From: Octopus bimaculoides
Taxonomy: Eukaryota
Assembly: GCF_001194135.2 (NCBI RefSeq)
Contig: NC_068988.1
Coordinates: 82,340,801 to 82,404,800 of the forward strand
Length of the DNA stretch: 64,000 nucleotides
Direction: 5' to 3'
In this document: positions 22,969 through 34,994 of the stretch, in pieces
Layout of the letters: every line of letters starts with the position of its first letter
Position numbering within the stretch: the stretch's first letter is position 1
The notes under the pieces: generated by a model
What the model was told of the DNA's origin: nothing
What the model saw: the letters and a program-made list of their open reading frames with translations, nothing else
Database searches by the model: none
Program-made: the position numbers and the translations under genes

Positions 22969-25958
22969 AACCTATTAATCTGCAACACCAATTTCAGGAA
23001 GCCAGCCAGCCACCTGATAACCTATCAATCAGGTCAATCTGCTAGATTGATTTCATTCTCACCAGACAGTGGGATGCATGGTTGCTCTTAAATGCAAAGA
23101 CTTTCCCTAGTGAAGAATGTACCCACCAGCATAGACTAGTTATTAGCTACTTTAGACTCCAGGCCAGAATGCCAAGAAACAGACCAATCCAGAAAAGAAG
23201 GATTTGGAAGCTTAAGGACCCTTCATATGGTCAGAGATTTAGGGACATCCTAATTGAGAAATTTGATGATAGGGAGGAGGAGCTACAAACTTGTGACATA
23301 GAGGGAAACTAGTAATTCCTGCAGGATAGCTTGCTAACTGTCACAGACCAAATCTGTGGCTGGTGCAAAGTCCCTTCCAGACTTAAGATAACGTGGTAGT
23401 AGAACAATACCGTAGACAGGGTCATTAGAGCAAGAAATAGGTCTGGAAGAGTGGGGGAAGCAAGGAACTGTATCAGATAGCCAGGAGGGAAGCTAGGAGA
23501 CAGGTATATCTAGCCAAGGGAGAAGCAGAAAAGAAGAAGTTTGCCTATGTTCAGCACCATGAGGACCAATGAACTGAAATATTTTGGATTGCAAGACAGT
23601 GTGTGAGAGAAAATTGTGATGTTACAGGAGAGAAATGTGTCTGCATGGATGATGGTGTACTTGCTTTTAATAATTCTGCAAAGAAAGAGGCTTGGAGAAG
23701 CCATTATGAAAGGCTGCTGAATGTGAAGATTGAATGGGAGGAGGAGAGTCTGCCAAATGTTGATCCAACTGAGGGACCAGCTATCCGAATTGACAGTACC
23801 CTGGAAGATAAAGTAATTAAGGATATGAAGACAGGAAAAGACCCTGGCCCATCAGGAATCACTGCTGAGATGCTTAAAATATTGGGCAGTGTGAGTTATG
23901 GTCTAGTTACCTGTATTGTAAATCAGGTAGTTCATGAAGGCATCATACCCAATGACTGGTGTAGCAGCACCATAGTCAACTGCTACAAAGGTAAAGGTGA
24001 TGCCTTAGATGGAAATAATTACAGAGGTATAAAATTGTTGGATCAGGTGATGAAAGTTGCAGAGAGAATCATAGCCTAACTAATCAGAGAGAGAGTTAGT
24101 CTAGATGAGATGCAGTTTGTATTTATGCCAGGTAGAAGCACTACTGATGCTATATTTCTGGTAAGGCAACTGCAGTAGAAATACCTAGCCTAAAATAAAC
24201 CTCTGTATTTGGCTTTTGTTGACTTGGAGAAAGCTTTTGACATGGTTCCCCAATCCATTATCTGGTGGCCAATGTTGAAACTCGGGATAGACGACTGGTT
24301 GGTGAGAGCTGTACAAACCTTGTACAGGGACGCTACCAGTAAGGTAAGGGTGGGCAAAGAGTACAGCGAAGAATTCAGGGTACAAGTAGGGGTTCACCAA
24401 GGATCATTGCTCAGCCCCCTCTTGTTCATCAAAGTCCTCCAGGCAATAACAGAAATTCAAGACAGGCTGCCCTTGGGAGCTCCTCTATGCTGATAGCTTT
24501 GCTCTTATAGCTGAATCACTACCTGAGATAGAGAAGAAGTTTCAGGTGTGGAAGCAAGGTCTAGAATCGAAGGGCCTTAGAGTTAACCTAGCAAAAACCA
24601 AACTCTTAGTAAGTAGGAAGGCAGACAAATCACAAATCCCTTCAGGTAGATGGCCTTGTTCAATCTGTAGAAAAGGTGTAGGTAGAAACTCCATATGATG
24701 CACCCAGTGTAAGCTTTGGACACATAAAAGGTGCCTGCAACATCAAAGGAACATTAACAGAGAAACTATCTTTTGTATGTGGAAGGTGCACAGGCATAAT
24801 AAATGCTGAACATGTGCAGAAAATAGACTCCATCAACTGCCAAGGGCGTAAGCTAGAAGTAGTAGATAGCTTCTGGTATTTAGGCAACCAAGTTAGTAGT
24901 GGAGGTGGTTGTTCCAAGTGTGTAGCTCTGAGAATAAGATTAGGCTGGGCAAAGTTCAGAATGCTCCCACCCTTGCTGGCAACAAAGGGCCTCTCTCTCA
25001 GAGTGGAAAGCAGATTGTTTGATACCTGTATGTGAACAGCTATGCTGCATAGCAGTGAAACATGGGCTGTGACAGCCAAGGAAATGCATAGGCTTGAAAG
25101 AAATGAAGACGGTATGTTTCATTGGATGTACAATGTCAGTGTACATTTTCAACAAAGTGTAAGCATATTGATGGAAAAGTTAGGCATAAGAGGAATCAGA
25201 TGTGGTGTGCAAGAGAGACGACTTCACTGGTATGGTCATGTGACGCATATGGATGAGGACAGTTGTGTAAAGAAGTGCCGATCTCTAACTGTGGTGGGAA
25301 CTTGAAGTAGAGGTAGACCCAGGAAGACATGGGACGAGGTGGTTAAGCATGATCTTAAAACTTTGAACCTCACAGAAGCAATGACTAGTGACTGAAACCT
25401 TTGGCAATATGCTCTGCTTAAAAGGACCCATCAAGCCAAGTGCTTCCATGCTGGCTGCACATAAAAAAAACAACCTTTGAACATTGGGCCTCATGAAGGC
25501 TAAGTGGTTGAGTTCCTTTTGAGCATTAGGCCAAATGGAGGCATAGTGGCTGAGTTCCTTTTGAGGGTTAGCCCACATGGAGGCATAGTGGCTGAGTTCC
25601 TTTCGAGCATTGGGCCTCATGGAGGCAAAGTGGCTGAGTTCTTTTTGAGTGTTGGGCTGCACAGAGGCAATGACCAAGACCTTTGGCATTATGTCGTGCT
25701 TGAGAAGAAGACTTATCAAGCTGAACAAAATTGCAGTTGTAGCAGATACTGGTGTCATACAAATGGCACCCATGCCAGTGGCACGTAAAATCACTCATTA
25801 CACACTCAGAGTGGTTGGTGTTAGGAAGGGCATCCAGCCATAGAAAGCCATGCCAAATCCAACTAGAGCCTGGCACAGCCTTCCAGCATGCCAGCCCAGT
25901 CAAACCCTCCAACCCATGGCAGCATGGACAACAGAAGTTAAATAATGATGATGATGAT
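22969..25958 (+). mobile_element. RTE-clade LINE (APE C-terminus, RT, 3' tail), decayed; preceded by a tail-type fragment at 22650-22968
   Basis: LLICNTNFRKP, QHRLVI, KDPGPSGITAEMLK, YRGIKLLDQVMK, AFVDLEKAFD, GVHQGSLLSP; tail ends AATGATGATGATG. Confidence 0.9.
25470..25670 (+). repeat. 42-bp minisatellite in the RTE 3' region
   Basis: GAGTTC(C/T)TTT units start at 25510, 25552, 25594, 25636. Confidence 0.9.
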
Positions 25959-25974
25959 GTATATNNNNNNNNNN

Positions 25975-27227
25975 TACATATACACATTGTTTTTGATTTT
26001 GTCAACTACACAGCATAGTAGGCTCAGTTGGGCACGATCTGCAAGAAAAACAGCACCATGACACAATTCACTCCATAAGAAATTTGGAAATGACATGTTG
26101 TACTGCTTGGCATCTGTGCCAGAAACTCCAATACAAACATTTTAGGTGGTTGGGTGTCTGTCTGAGGACAGTGCAGAGGATTCGGAAATTGTTGGATGGG
26201 TCTAATGGGGATTACAAAGGTAGTGCAGCTCAGAAAACTCACTCTGTTTATTCTGATAAGAAAAGAACTCTTGAATTTGTTGGTGAGATCCAGGCCATGA
26301 CTGACAACAATTCCTCCATGTCAATCAGGTCTATCATATGGAAGTGTCTGAGTTCCTTATCAGGCAGGTAATGCATGAAGACATTCAGTATTCCTCAAAC
26401 AAGATGAGAACGGGCCAATTTTTATCCCAAGCTATCAAGGACAAGAGGAAAGACCATGTTATGAAGCTTTTGAAGAAACTCAAGCATCCCCTCCAAATGA
26501 ACATGCTTAGGTTTTTCTCGGACGAGAAAGATTTCTGCCAGGATCAGATGGTGAACACACAGAACAACCTTTGGTTTGCCATATCACCAAAACATGTACC
26601 GAGAGTGATAAAAATCAAACAACCAGTCAACATTATGGTGTTTGGACTGATTACTAGTGATGATGATGTTATGTCTACATTCATCTTCCCACTCAGCCTT
26701 TGACTCAACATGGAGGCCTACATCAAATGCCTGGAGGAGGTAGTACTGCCCTGGGTCAAGAAGGTGGCTGCAGGAAGATCCTATGTCTGGCAACAGAGCT
26801 TGCACCATGCCACACAAGCAAGAGAACCCTGTTATGGCAGTCAGACAATTTCTGCAACCACATCACCCCTAACACATGGCCATCTAACTCCCCAAACTGT
26901 AACACCCCCTCCCCTGACTATTATGTATGGGTGCAGTTGAGCACAAGACCAACAAAATTCCTTGTAACACTAAAGATGAACTGAAGGCAAGGATTATGGC
27001 AGCATACACCAACTTAAACAAGGAGACCCTCCAGAAGACTTGCCGAAGATTCCAAAGTCGCCTGGAGGTCATGGTTGAAGCCAATGGTGATTTTATTGAA
27101 TAAACTTACTCTTTAATATTTCAAGATATTTTTATGTAATTTTGGTAAATAGATCTGTTAAAATGAGATTTCAGTGTTATTTTCATTTTTGCATAATTTA
27201 GACGACAATTCATTCACCGCACACTTG
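25975..27227 (+). mobile_element. DD37D (maT-like) Tc1/mariner transposon, near full length, inactivated
   Basis: HTH LGVCLRTVQRIRK, FFSDEKDF, VMVFG-like motif, PCHTSKRT..WPSNSP; right TIR ends at 27227 followed by TA; left end lost at gap 25965-25974. Confidence 0.88.
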
Positions 27228-27257
27228 TATAGATGCATACATGCATACAAACATGCA

Positions 27258-27291
<34 letters not shown>

Positions 27292-27439
27292 CATACATAT
27301 ATACATGCATGCATGCATACATACATACATACATACATGCATACATACATACATGCATACATACATACATATATGTGTGTGTGTATATGCATACATATAC
27401 ATGTATATAGAGATAGAAACAGATACATACATACATACA

Positions 27440-27472
<33 letters not shown>

Positions 27473-27641
27473 CCTTTAAGTTCATTTACTGGAAACGTTT
27501 TTTAGTATGCCTATAAAAGCTCCAGTTTTATTATGTCAGCTACAGCCTAACGATACTAACTTGCAATAACAGTTTTATGGGGTTGTACTGAGCTATACTG
27601 ATATAATGTAGGATAAATATAGTAATAATCATAATAATGAT

Positions 27642-28098
27642 TTCAGATTTTCGCACAAGGCCAGCAATTTTGGGGGAGGGGGTAAGTCAATTATACTGAC
27701 CCTAGCATTCAACTGGTACTTACTTTATGGACCCCAAAAGGATGAAAGGCAAAGTCGACCTTGATGGAATTTGAACTCAGAGCATTAAGACAGACAAAAC
27801 GCTGCTAAGCATTTCACCCAGCATGCGAATGATTCTGTCAACTTTCCGCCTTGTAATAATAATAATAATAATAATAATAATCCTTTCTACTATAGGCACA
27901 AGGCCTGAAATTTGGTGGGGAGAGGGCCAGTCCATTAGATCAACCCTAGTATGCAACTGGTACTTAATTTATTGACCCCCAAAAGGATAAAAGGCAAAGT
28001 CGACCTCAGCAGAATTTGATCTCAGAACATTGCAATGGATGAAATACCACTAAGCATTTCATCCAGCATGCTAACAACTCTGCCAGCTCACCGCCTTG
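27642..28098 (-). mobile_element. Two tandem family A SINEs (27642-27853, 27882-28098) joined by (AAT)n
   Basis: Both are reverse complements of the 12024-12241 body. Confidence 0.85.
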
Positions 28099-29350
28099 TA
28101 ATAATAATAATGATAATCATAATTCATGGATTATACATATATATACATATATAACAAAACTGAGTTGGTTCCAAAATTATTTATTTATGTCATTCTTATA
28201 CCTGTTCCAGTGAAGACTATGTGATCAAATTATATAATCTTGGCAAGGTGTACATATAATATTTTCACATCAACAGAGATTATTTCACAATGTGCTTCTG
28301 TAGCTTTTCGTGACTAACATAATAAAAGATTTGGAGAAAAAAGTATTAGCAAAGGTAATAAAATAGTAAAACCTTAGATTCTAAGTATAAAGTGGTTGTA
28401 GATATTATTACTTTAAAAGATAAATATCTATTTAACAATACAAAACAAGGCTAAATATGAGTATATCTCCACTGGGTTCAATTGTCAGCTAGTGACAGCA
28501 TTATGATAGGGAGGTGTGATTGACCAAGCAAAATTCACTGACCTAGATTTTCTGTTGAACATATGGACAAATTCAGACAGATACACATTTTCACACTTAA
28601 CATTTACAATTATATAAATATATACATATCTGTATGCATATATACGTACATACATGCACAGGCACACAATCGCACACACACACGTGCACGCGCACGCGCA
28701 CACACACACACACACACATACACGCAATATATTTTTCTATTGAAAAGCTAATTCAAATGACGGTAACCAACAGCGGAGTCCTTCTCTATTCCTAGACTAC
28801 CAAGAGTACCAAATGACACTATAGTCACTATTATTTCTGCATGCTCAATATTACGATACAAAAGAAAGTTAAAGGAGGACAAGCTCTTCAATATCTAAGC
28901 ACATTCTCTTTTACAGTATCTAATACACATGCTGAAAGCCCATCACTACTGTGACTACCAGCAGATGTAATTAATATTTCTTATAACCATGTAACTTGTA
29001 GTTTGGGTTACTTAGAACCTGTAAGCTGATCTTACCAGTTCTAAGCAACTAAAAGTACTAATAACTTCGCAATGGAAACAAATATTCATTTTTGTCTTTT
29101 ACACATCCATTACAAACAAAACAAGACATTGTAAATGTTATACAGCTCCTTACCAATATAAACTCTGTAAGAATGTGAGATGTAGGTGAAGGAGGAGCAA
29201 TTCAAGATGTTGTGATTGGTTAGCAGAGTGAAGACACAGAAATATTCATTTTTCTTTTGTTTATGTGTGAAGCAGCATTGTTGATAATCATTGCCAGAAG
29301 GTTCAGTGACTCCTGGTCCAATCAGCATGAATTACACCTAGGATGGTTAA

Positions 29351-29860
29351 CCCCTGCATCACCATATCACCATATTTCTGTCAAAATACATTACTCTCAT
29401 TTCAATTCATTTTAAAGATAATGAAAAATTTAGTAAACGGATTTTTTCATTATTAAACAAGTGGCACTTGTGCTAGTGCTACGTTAAAAGCACTGATGCT
29501 GGTGCCACATAAAAAGCATCCAGTACACTCTGAGGAGTGGTTGGCATTATGAAAGGCATCCAGCCATAGAAACCTTGCCAGAACAAACAATAGAGCCTGG
29601 TTCGCCCCCCCCCCACCAGCCTTACCAGTTCCAGTCAATCAGTCCAACACATGCCAGCACAGAAAACAGACATTGGATGACGATGATGATGATGATGACG
29701 ACAACAACGACGACGACAACGACAATGATAACAATGATGATGATTGGAACATAAATTAACAGGAAATTCTGATGGAAGGTTTTGAATTATAACATTTTAA
29801 AACAAGAAGTTTGTATAATAGAACCAGGAATTGATTCAGGAAAGGTTGATGTCAAAAGAG
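29351..29860. mobile_element. piggyBac-like MITE (TTAA-flanked) interrupted by an RTE-tail SINE (29458-29744)
   Basis: TTAA|CCC at the left end, AAAAGAG|TTAT at the right end; the two halves rejoin when the SINE is removed. Confidence 0.5.
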
Positions 29861-30107
29861 TTATATGTTATTAGACAGCTTTATTGGAAGCTGAAGAGCT
29901 TTGTTAACTGCTCTTAATATAAAAATTGAAATTGACAAAACAGATTTTAAAGATCTTTAATTTTGGAGAAATTTTTTTTGTGTTTCCAAAGTCTGATACC
30001 AAAGTCAAGGATGATATATTTGTTGGGACTCGTGTAAATGTGACACAAAAACCTAAAAAAAAAATTAGTGAGAAATTAGCAAAAATGAAAAGAAGATATG
30101 ACATGTT

Positions 30108-30294
30108 TTCTGAGAGGTAATATTTATCCCCACTTAAACATGGATGTTCTGTTAGAACTGCAGTACAGCAGTAAACAACAGTGCAATTTGTACCAAAGAT
30201 CAATATGTGAGTTTCTCTCATGGTATCTACACCAGTATAATTTGTTCTAAGAGAACATCCATGTTTAAGTGAGGTTAAATATTACCTCTCAGAA
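30108..30294. mobile_element. Small MITE with ~50-bp TIRs
   Basis: TTCTGAGAGGTAATATTTA..CACTTAAACATGGATGTTCT..TTAGAAC recurs inverted at 30244-30294 (about 4 mismatches). Confidence 0.7.
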
Positions 30295-30952
30295 TTAATA
30301 CTACCTCTGTCGCTAATATCTAGATGCATATACTATGTAGTGTAGCTTATATATTTCAAGGAATTTCTAAAGATCCTAACTACAGGGAGCTGATGGCAAA
30401 GTTTATTGGCCATTACAAGGCTGCCACATGCCTTCAAAAGTAGAATTCCTGCTTTCACCTCTTGATTTTTTTCCATGCAAATATAAAGATATATCAGAGA
30501 ATAATTTAGATGACATCAGTGAGGCTCATAAGGAAACCTTTCACCAAGACAATACAACAATAAACAGAAGGTCTGTGTGTAAAAGGTAAAGATGAACATT
30601 TGTTTCCATTGTGAAGTTATGAATACTTTTAGTTGCTTAGAACTGGTAAGATCAGCTTACAGGTTCTAAGTTACCCAAAGTACAAGTTACATGGTTATAA
30701 GAAATATTAATTACATCTGCTGGTAGTTGCAGCAGTAGTAGGCTTTCACAATGTGTATTAGATACTGTAAAAGAGAATGTGCTTAGATATTGAAGAGCTT
30801 GTCCTCCTTTAACTTTCTTTTGTATTGTAACATTGAGCATGCAGAAATAATAGTGACTATAGTGTCATTTGGTATTCTTGGTAGTCTAGGAATAGAGAAG
30901 GACTTTACTGTTGATTATCAACATCATTCAAAATATTGCCCCATGAGGGATC

Positions 30953-30987
<35 letters not shown>

Positions 30988-31076
30988 NNNNNNNNNNNNN
31001 NNNNNNNNNNNNNNNNNNNNNNNNNNNNNNNNNNNNNNNNNNNNNNNNNNNNNNNNNNNNNNNNNNNNNNNNNNNN

Positions 31077-31124
<48 letters not shown>

Positions 31125-31344
31125 CTCTAGTTAGTAAAGGCATAATTGCTCACAACCTTCAAAACTTTTACATTTTAAAACTGTTTCCCATTTTCTAAGT
31201 GTGTCAATTATCTTATTTCTATTGGTACGATTTTGAACCAAGCAAACATAAAATTGATTTATATCTCTCTTATCTTTATCTTATATTTTTTATTTTCATT
31301 CAAAGGAATAAAAAGGAAGCTAGTATCTGGTCCTAGATAATGGA

Positions 31345-31560
31345 AGCATTATATAAGGGGCATATTATATAATGGGCACATTATATAATACAATATAATG
31401 TGTACATTACATGAAGCTTACTTTATATAAATACAATATAAAAGCAACATTATATACAAGGTACATTATATAAGGGATACTTTATACAAGGGTTTCGTTG
31501 TATAAAGGGTATATTATACAAATAGAATATAAATATGAAGGATACATTATACAAATATAA
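31345..31560. repeat. Degenerate AT-rich minisatellite (about 17-bp, ACATTATATAAGGG-like)
   Basis: Recurrent (C/T)ATTATA(T/C)AAGG units. Confidence 0.6.
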
Positions 31561-31910
31561 AACTAAACTTATTTGTATAAATATTGATAACAAGTAGACC
31601 TCCTAGGTTTTGTTTAAACATCAGCCTAGGAGAAGGAAATTCTGAAATGATACCCATTCCATGGCAAAGCTGGAGATCTTGCTCCTACTTGTTTCTGGAC
31701 TACTTGGCTTAAAGGTGAAAGTCTTATTGGTGTTGTGCCAGCTGTTATTGACTTTAAATTTCAGCACAGTCATTGCCGACGACCATTGTCTTAAACATCT
31801 AGGATAAGATAAATTGTCAGTGACAGTCATAATCATCTATGAGTTGACAGCTACAATGTATACACACACACAGATGGGGGGAGATGTGTGTGTGTAATTG
31901 TGCGCGTGTG

Positions 31911-31951
<41 letters not shown>

Positions 31952-32351
31952 ATTACTGCAACTTGCATATTTTGCATCTGAACCTTCCTAGACATGTTAA
32001 TAAATATGCAAATGTATATATATGTATATATATATACATACATACATACATACATACATATATGTATATATNNNNNNNNNNNNNNNNNNNNNNNNNNNNN
32101 NNNNNNNNNNNNNNNNNNNNNNNNNNNNNNNNNNNNNNNNNNNNNNNNNNNNNNNNNNNNNNNNNNNNNNNNNNNNNNNNNNNNNNNNNNNNNNNNNNNN
32201 NNNNNNNNNNNNNNNNNNNNNNNNNNNNNNNNNNNNNNNNNNNNNNNNNNNNNNNNNNNNNNNNNNNNNNNNNNNNNNNNNNNNNNNNNNNNNNNNNNNN
32301 NNNNNNNNNNNNNNNNNNNNNNNNNNNNNNNNNNNNNNNNNNNNNNNNNNC

Positions 32352-32930
32352 CAATATCCCCCCCAGCCTAGGAGTAGAGGCAATTCAATTCTGGCTAGAG
32401 AATTATGCCAATGAACTCCCACATTGCATCAATAAAGATTTTATAATAGAAGGGCTAAAATTCATCTTGGAAAATAACTACTTTGTCTTCAAAGGCAACT
32501 CCTATCAACAAAAATTGGGCACTACAATGGGTACGAGAATGACCCCCCCCCCTCCTTTACTAACCAAGTCATGGGTTAGCTAGAAATCAGTCTTTATCAT
32601 AAAGTACTACAAAAATACGGCAACCCATTCTCCCTCTACATCGAAAATAACTGGAAGAGGTACTTTGGATGACTGTTTCATTCTTTGGCATGAAAGTATA
32701 GAGAAACTTAAAGAATTTTAAGCACTTATAAATGGACTTGATGTAAACATTCAATTCATGATGGAATATAGCTATCAACAACTTCCTTTCCTTGACATCC
32801 TCAAAAAAGAATCTAACAATGAAATAGAAACAGATATATACTATAAGCCCACGGACTCCAAGCAATATCTACCATTCGACTCATGCTGCCCCAGACACAC
32901 TAGAATGAATGTCCCTTTGAACCTAGCAAT
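32352..32930 (+). mobile_element. Penelope-like element RT fragment (Penelope/Poseidon type)
   Basis: NIP..ILENNYFVF..YQQKLGTTMGT, RYLDDCF, IQFMME..LPFLD..TDIYYKPTDSKQYL..SCCPRHT; 5' part lost in the gap. Confidence 0.85.
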
Positions 32931-32939
32931 TTATAGAAA

Positions 32940-34215
32940 TTTATAGAAATTAGTACACAAGATAAGGACATAATCTTCCATGCTAGAAAGACTTTACTCT
33001 TCACTGCGAATGCAGAGTGGGTCAAGACTACCGATACAGAGGGTGCTTTCGATGTGAGCATGGGATCAAATGATGGAGCAGGCATATGCGATTTCATTGG
33101 ACTATTCCTATTCAATAAGTTGGGTAAGACTTTTCCTGGTGTATATTTCACCATTTACAAAGATGATGCCCTAGCTTTAACCACAAATACCAATGGACCA
33201 GCCAAGATCAGTTTAGGAAGGACATTATCCAAATGATGAAAGCTTTCGGTCTTAGCATAACTACAGATACCAACCTGACGGTTGTTAATTTCCTAGATGT
33301 ATCCTTAGATTTAAATAAGAATATTTACAAACCTTATAGGAAGCCCAATGATAGACTTAGTTATATTAATGTAGGTTCCTGCCATCCCCTTATAGTGTTT
33401 AAGAATTCAGTTAAAAACATTAGCAAGAGAATTTCTAGCCTCTCCTCCAATAGAAACATTTTTAATAGTGTTGCCCCAATATATAATAAAGCTCTAAAAG
33501 ATAGTGGATTTAGCGAGGAAATAACCTATACACCTGCCACCAGTCCAATAATAAAGAAAAGGAAACATAGGAATAGGAAAACTAATCTGGTTCACACCCC
33601 CTTACTCCCCCGAAGTGACCTTTAATATAGGTAAATATTTCTTATCACTTATAGATTGGCATTTTCTAATCAATCATAATTATAGAAAGCTCTTCAATAG
33701 GCATAACCTAAAAATTAGTTTTAGCTCAACTACTAAATTTAAAAATATAATTGCACACAACACACAAAAACAACCAAATGAAACCAGCTGTTCATGCAGG
33801 GATAAAAATTTGTGCCCGCTATATGGAGCTTGCATGTCCGAGACCATCATTTATGAAGCCACCATAGACTCTACAACCACTGAGGACATAGTTTCATCAA
33901 AGAAATATGTGGGTCTCACAGAGGGGAATTTCAAAACCAGGTTCAACAATCACACCTTGAGCTTCAGACACTGGGAAAAAAGAAAAACAACAAAATTATC
34001 CAGTTATATATGGTCCTTAAAAGAAAAAGGTGTCAACTATAACATCCATTGAAAGATCTTAGCCAAGTGTAAGCCTTACACCAACAGCAGTGGAAAGTGC
34101 AGTCTTTGTGATATGGAAAGATGGTTCATCTGGAAAAGCAGCTTAGACCCTGCTACATGTCTAAATTCAAGAACTGAATTTTTTTGATCACGTCCACATA
34201 TGGCTAAACATTTGT
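32940..34215 (+). mobile_element. Penelope-like element, RT plus C-terminal GIY-YIG (Hydra-clade-like), 5'-truncated
   Basis: FDVSMGSNDGAGICDFIGL, YKDD, VNFLDV, YRKPND, linker CSCRDKNLCPLYGAC, IIYE..KYVG..FKTRFNNH, CSLCDMER. Confidence 0.88.
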
Positions 34216-34930
34216 TACTTTTTTGGTCCCCGCAAGATCACAGATAGAACCTGCTTTTTATATTGTGTCCACATACAAGCATTTCACGTCTTACATATAT
34301 ATTTTTATATTTTTACATATTTTTATATATATTTTTTATATATTTTATTGTTTTATATATTTCTATATATTTTTTCTGTACATTACCTTTCACTCTGCAC
34401 TTTTGTGCATGTGCATATACGGATGTGTATATGAACATAACTGTGCACTTATGACTGTTATTAAGACAAACAAAAGAGCTATGAGAATGACCGTTAAATA
34501 ATGGGAAATTACCCAAATAGGGAGAAAGTAAAAATACTCAAAGGTAAACCCATGCTCATAGAATCCACGTATATATGTGTGTGTGTGCGTGTGTGCAGGT
34601 ATGTATATGTGTACATGTGTATGGATGCATATATATGTATACATATAGGTGTGTCTGTGGGTATGCATGCATGTGTTTCACACAAGTGTGAGTGAGCATG
34701 TGCATATATACACATGCACGTTGGTGTGTGTGCATGCATGTGCATGTATGTACATGCATGCATACATGGATTCTATGAGCATGGGTTTACCTTCTTCAAG
34801 TATTTTTACTTTCTCCTTATTCGGGTAATTTCCCTTTCATTCTCATAGCTCTTGTTTATCTTAATAAAAGTCATCTTCATAGTAATTTCCCTTTATATAA
34901 CGGTCATTTTCATGGCATTTTTGTTTGACT

Positions 34931-34994
34931 TAATAAACTGATGAAATGCCAAAGTAGACTTCTGCACCAACATCTGAAACTCTGAGTTTTATTA
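34931..34994 (+). ncRNA. Degenerate type I hammerhead ribozyme motif in a pLTR-like repeat
   Basis: TAATAAA-CTGATGA-..stem II..-GAAAC-TCTGA-GT-TTTATTA; 7-bp stem I is perfect but the H17 base appears deleted and stem II has a bulge. Confidence 0.55.

Larger units (their letters stand above)
28960..30575 (+). pseudogene. Chapaev-like (CMC superfamily) transposase relic, interrupted by later insertions
   Basis: Motifs in the expected order: LRNGNKYS..QDIVNVIQLL, QFKML..KYSFFFCL..VTPG, FPKSDTKVKDDIFVG, KDPNYREL..LDFFP..ISEAHKETFHQD; compare the recalled Chapaev motifs LHNGNxYPS, TKYxCFLC, FPxLSDAKxKEGIFVG, LDFFP..SDEHGERFHQD. Confidence 0.7.
28758..30923. mobile_element. Fold-back unit: 348-bp inverted arms (28758-29105, 30576-30923) with 9-bp TSD-like flanks
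   Basis: Ungapped hand alignment gave about 27 mismatches in 348 bp; flanks TAATTCAAA (28749-28757) and TCATTCAAA (30924-30932). Confidence 0.75.

Noticed and set aside
23300-23410. Clustered TGG-to-TAG stops as APOBEC-like hyper-editing of an RTE copy
   Set aside because: Too few sites, and compatible with the general G/C-to-A/T decay seen in all old repeats here.
29154-29163. 10-nt microexon on the minus strand (ttacag|AGTTATATTG|gtaagg)
   Set aside because: Lies within the plus-strand Chapaev-like relic; the splice-like signals are probably coincidental.
34050-34052. In-frame TGA in the PLE endonuclease as selenocysteine (as in some Naiads)
   Set aside because: It aligns with a conserved Trp (KWAIV in the 56690-58075 copy), so it is a TGG-to-TGA decay, and the element has other frameshifts.
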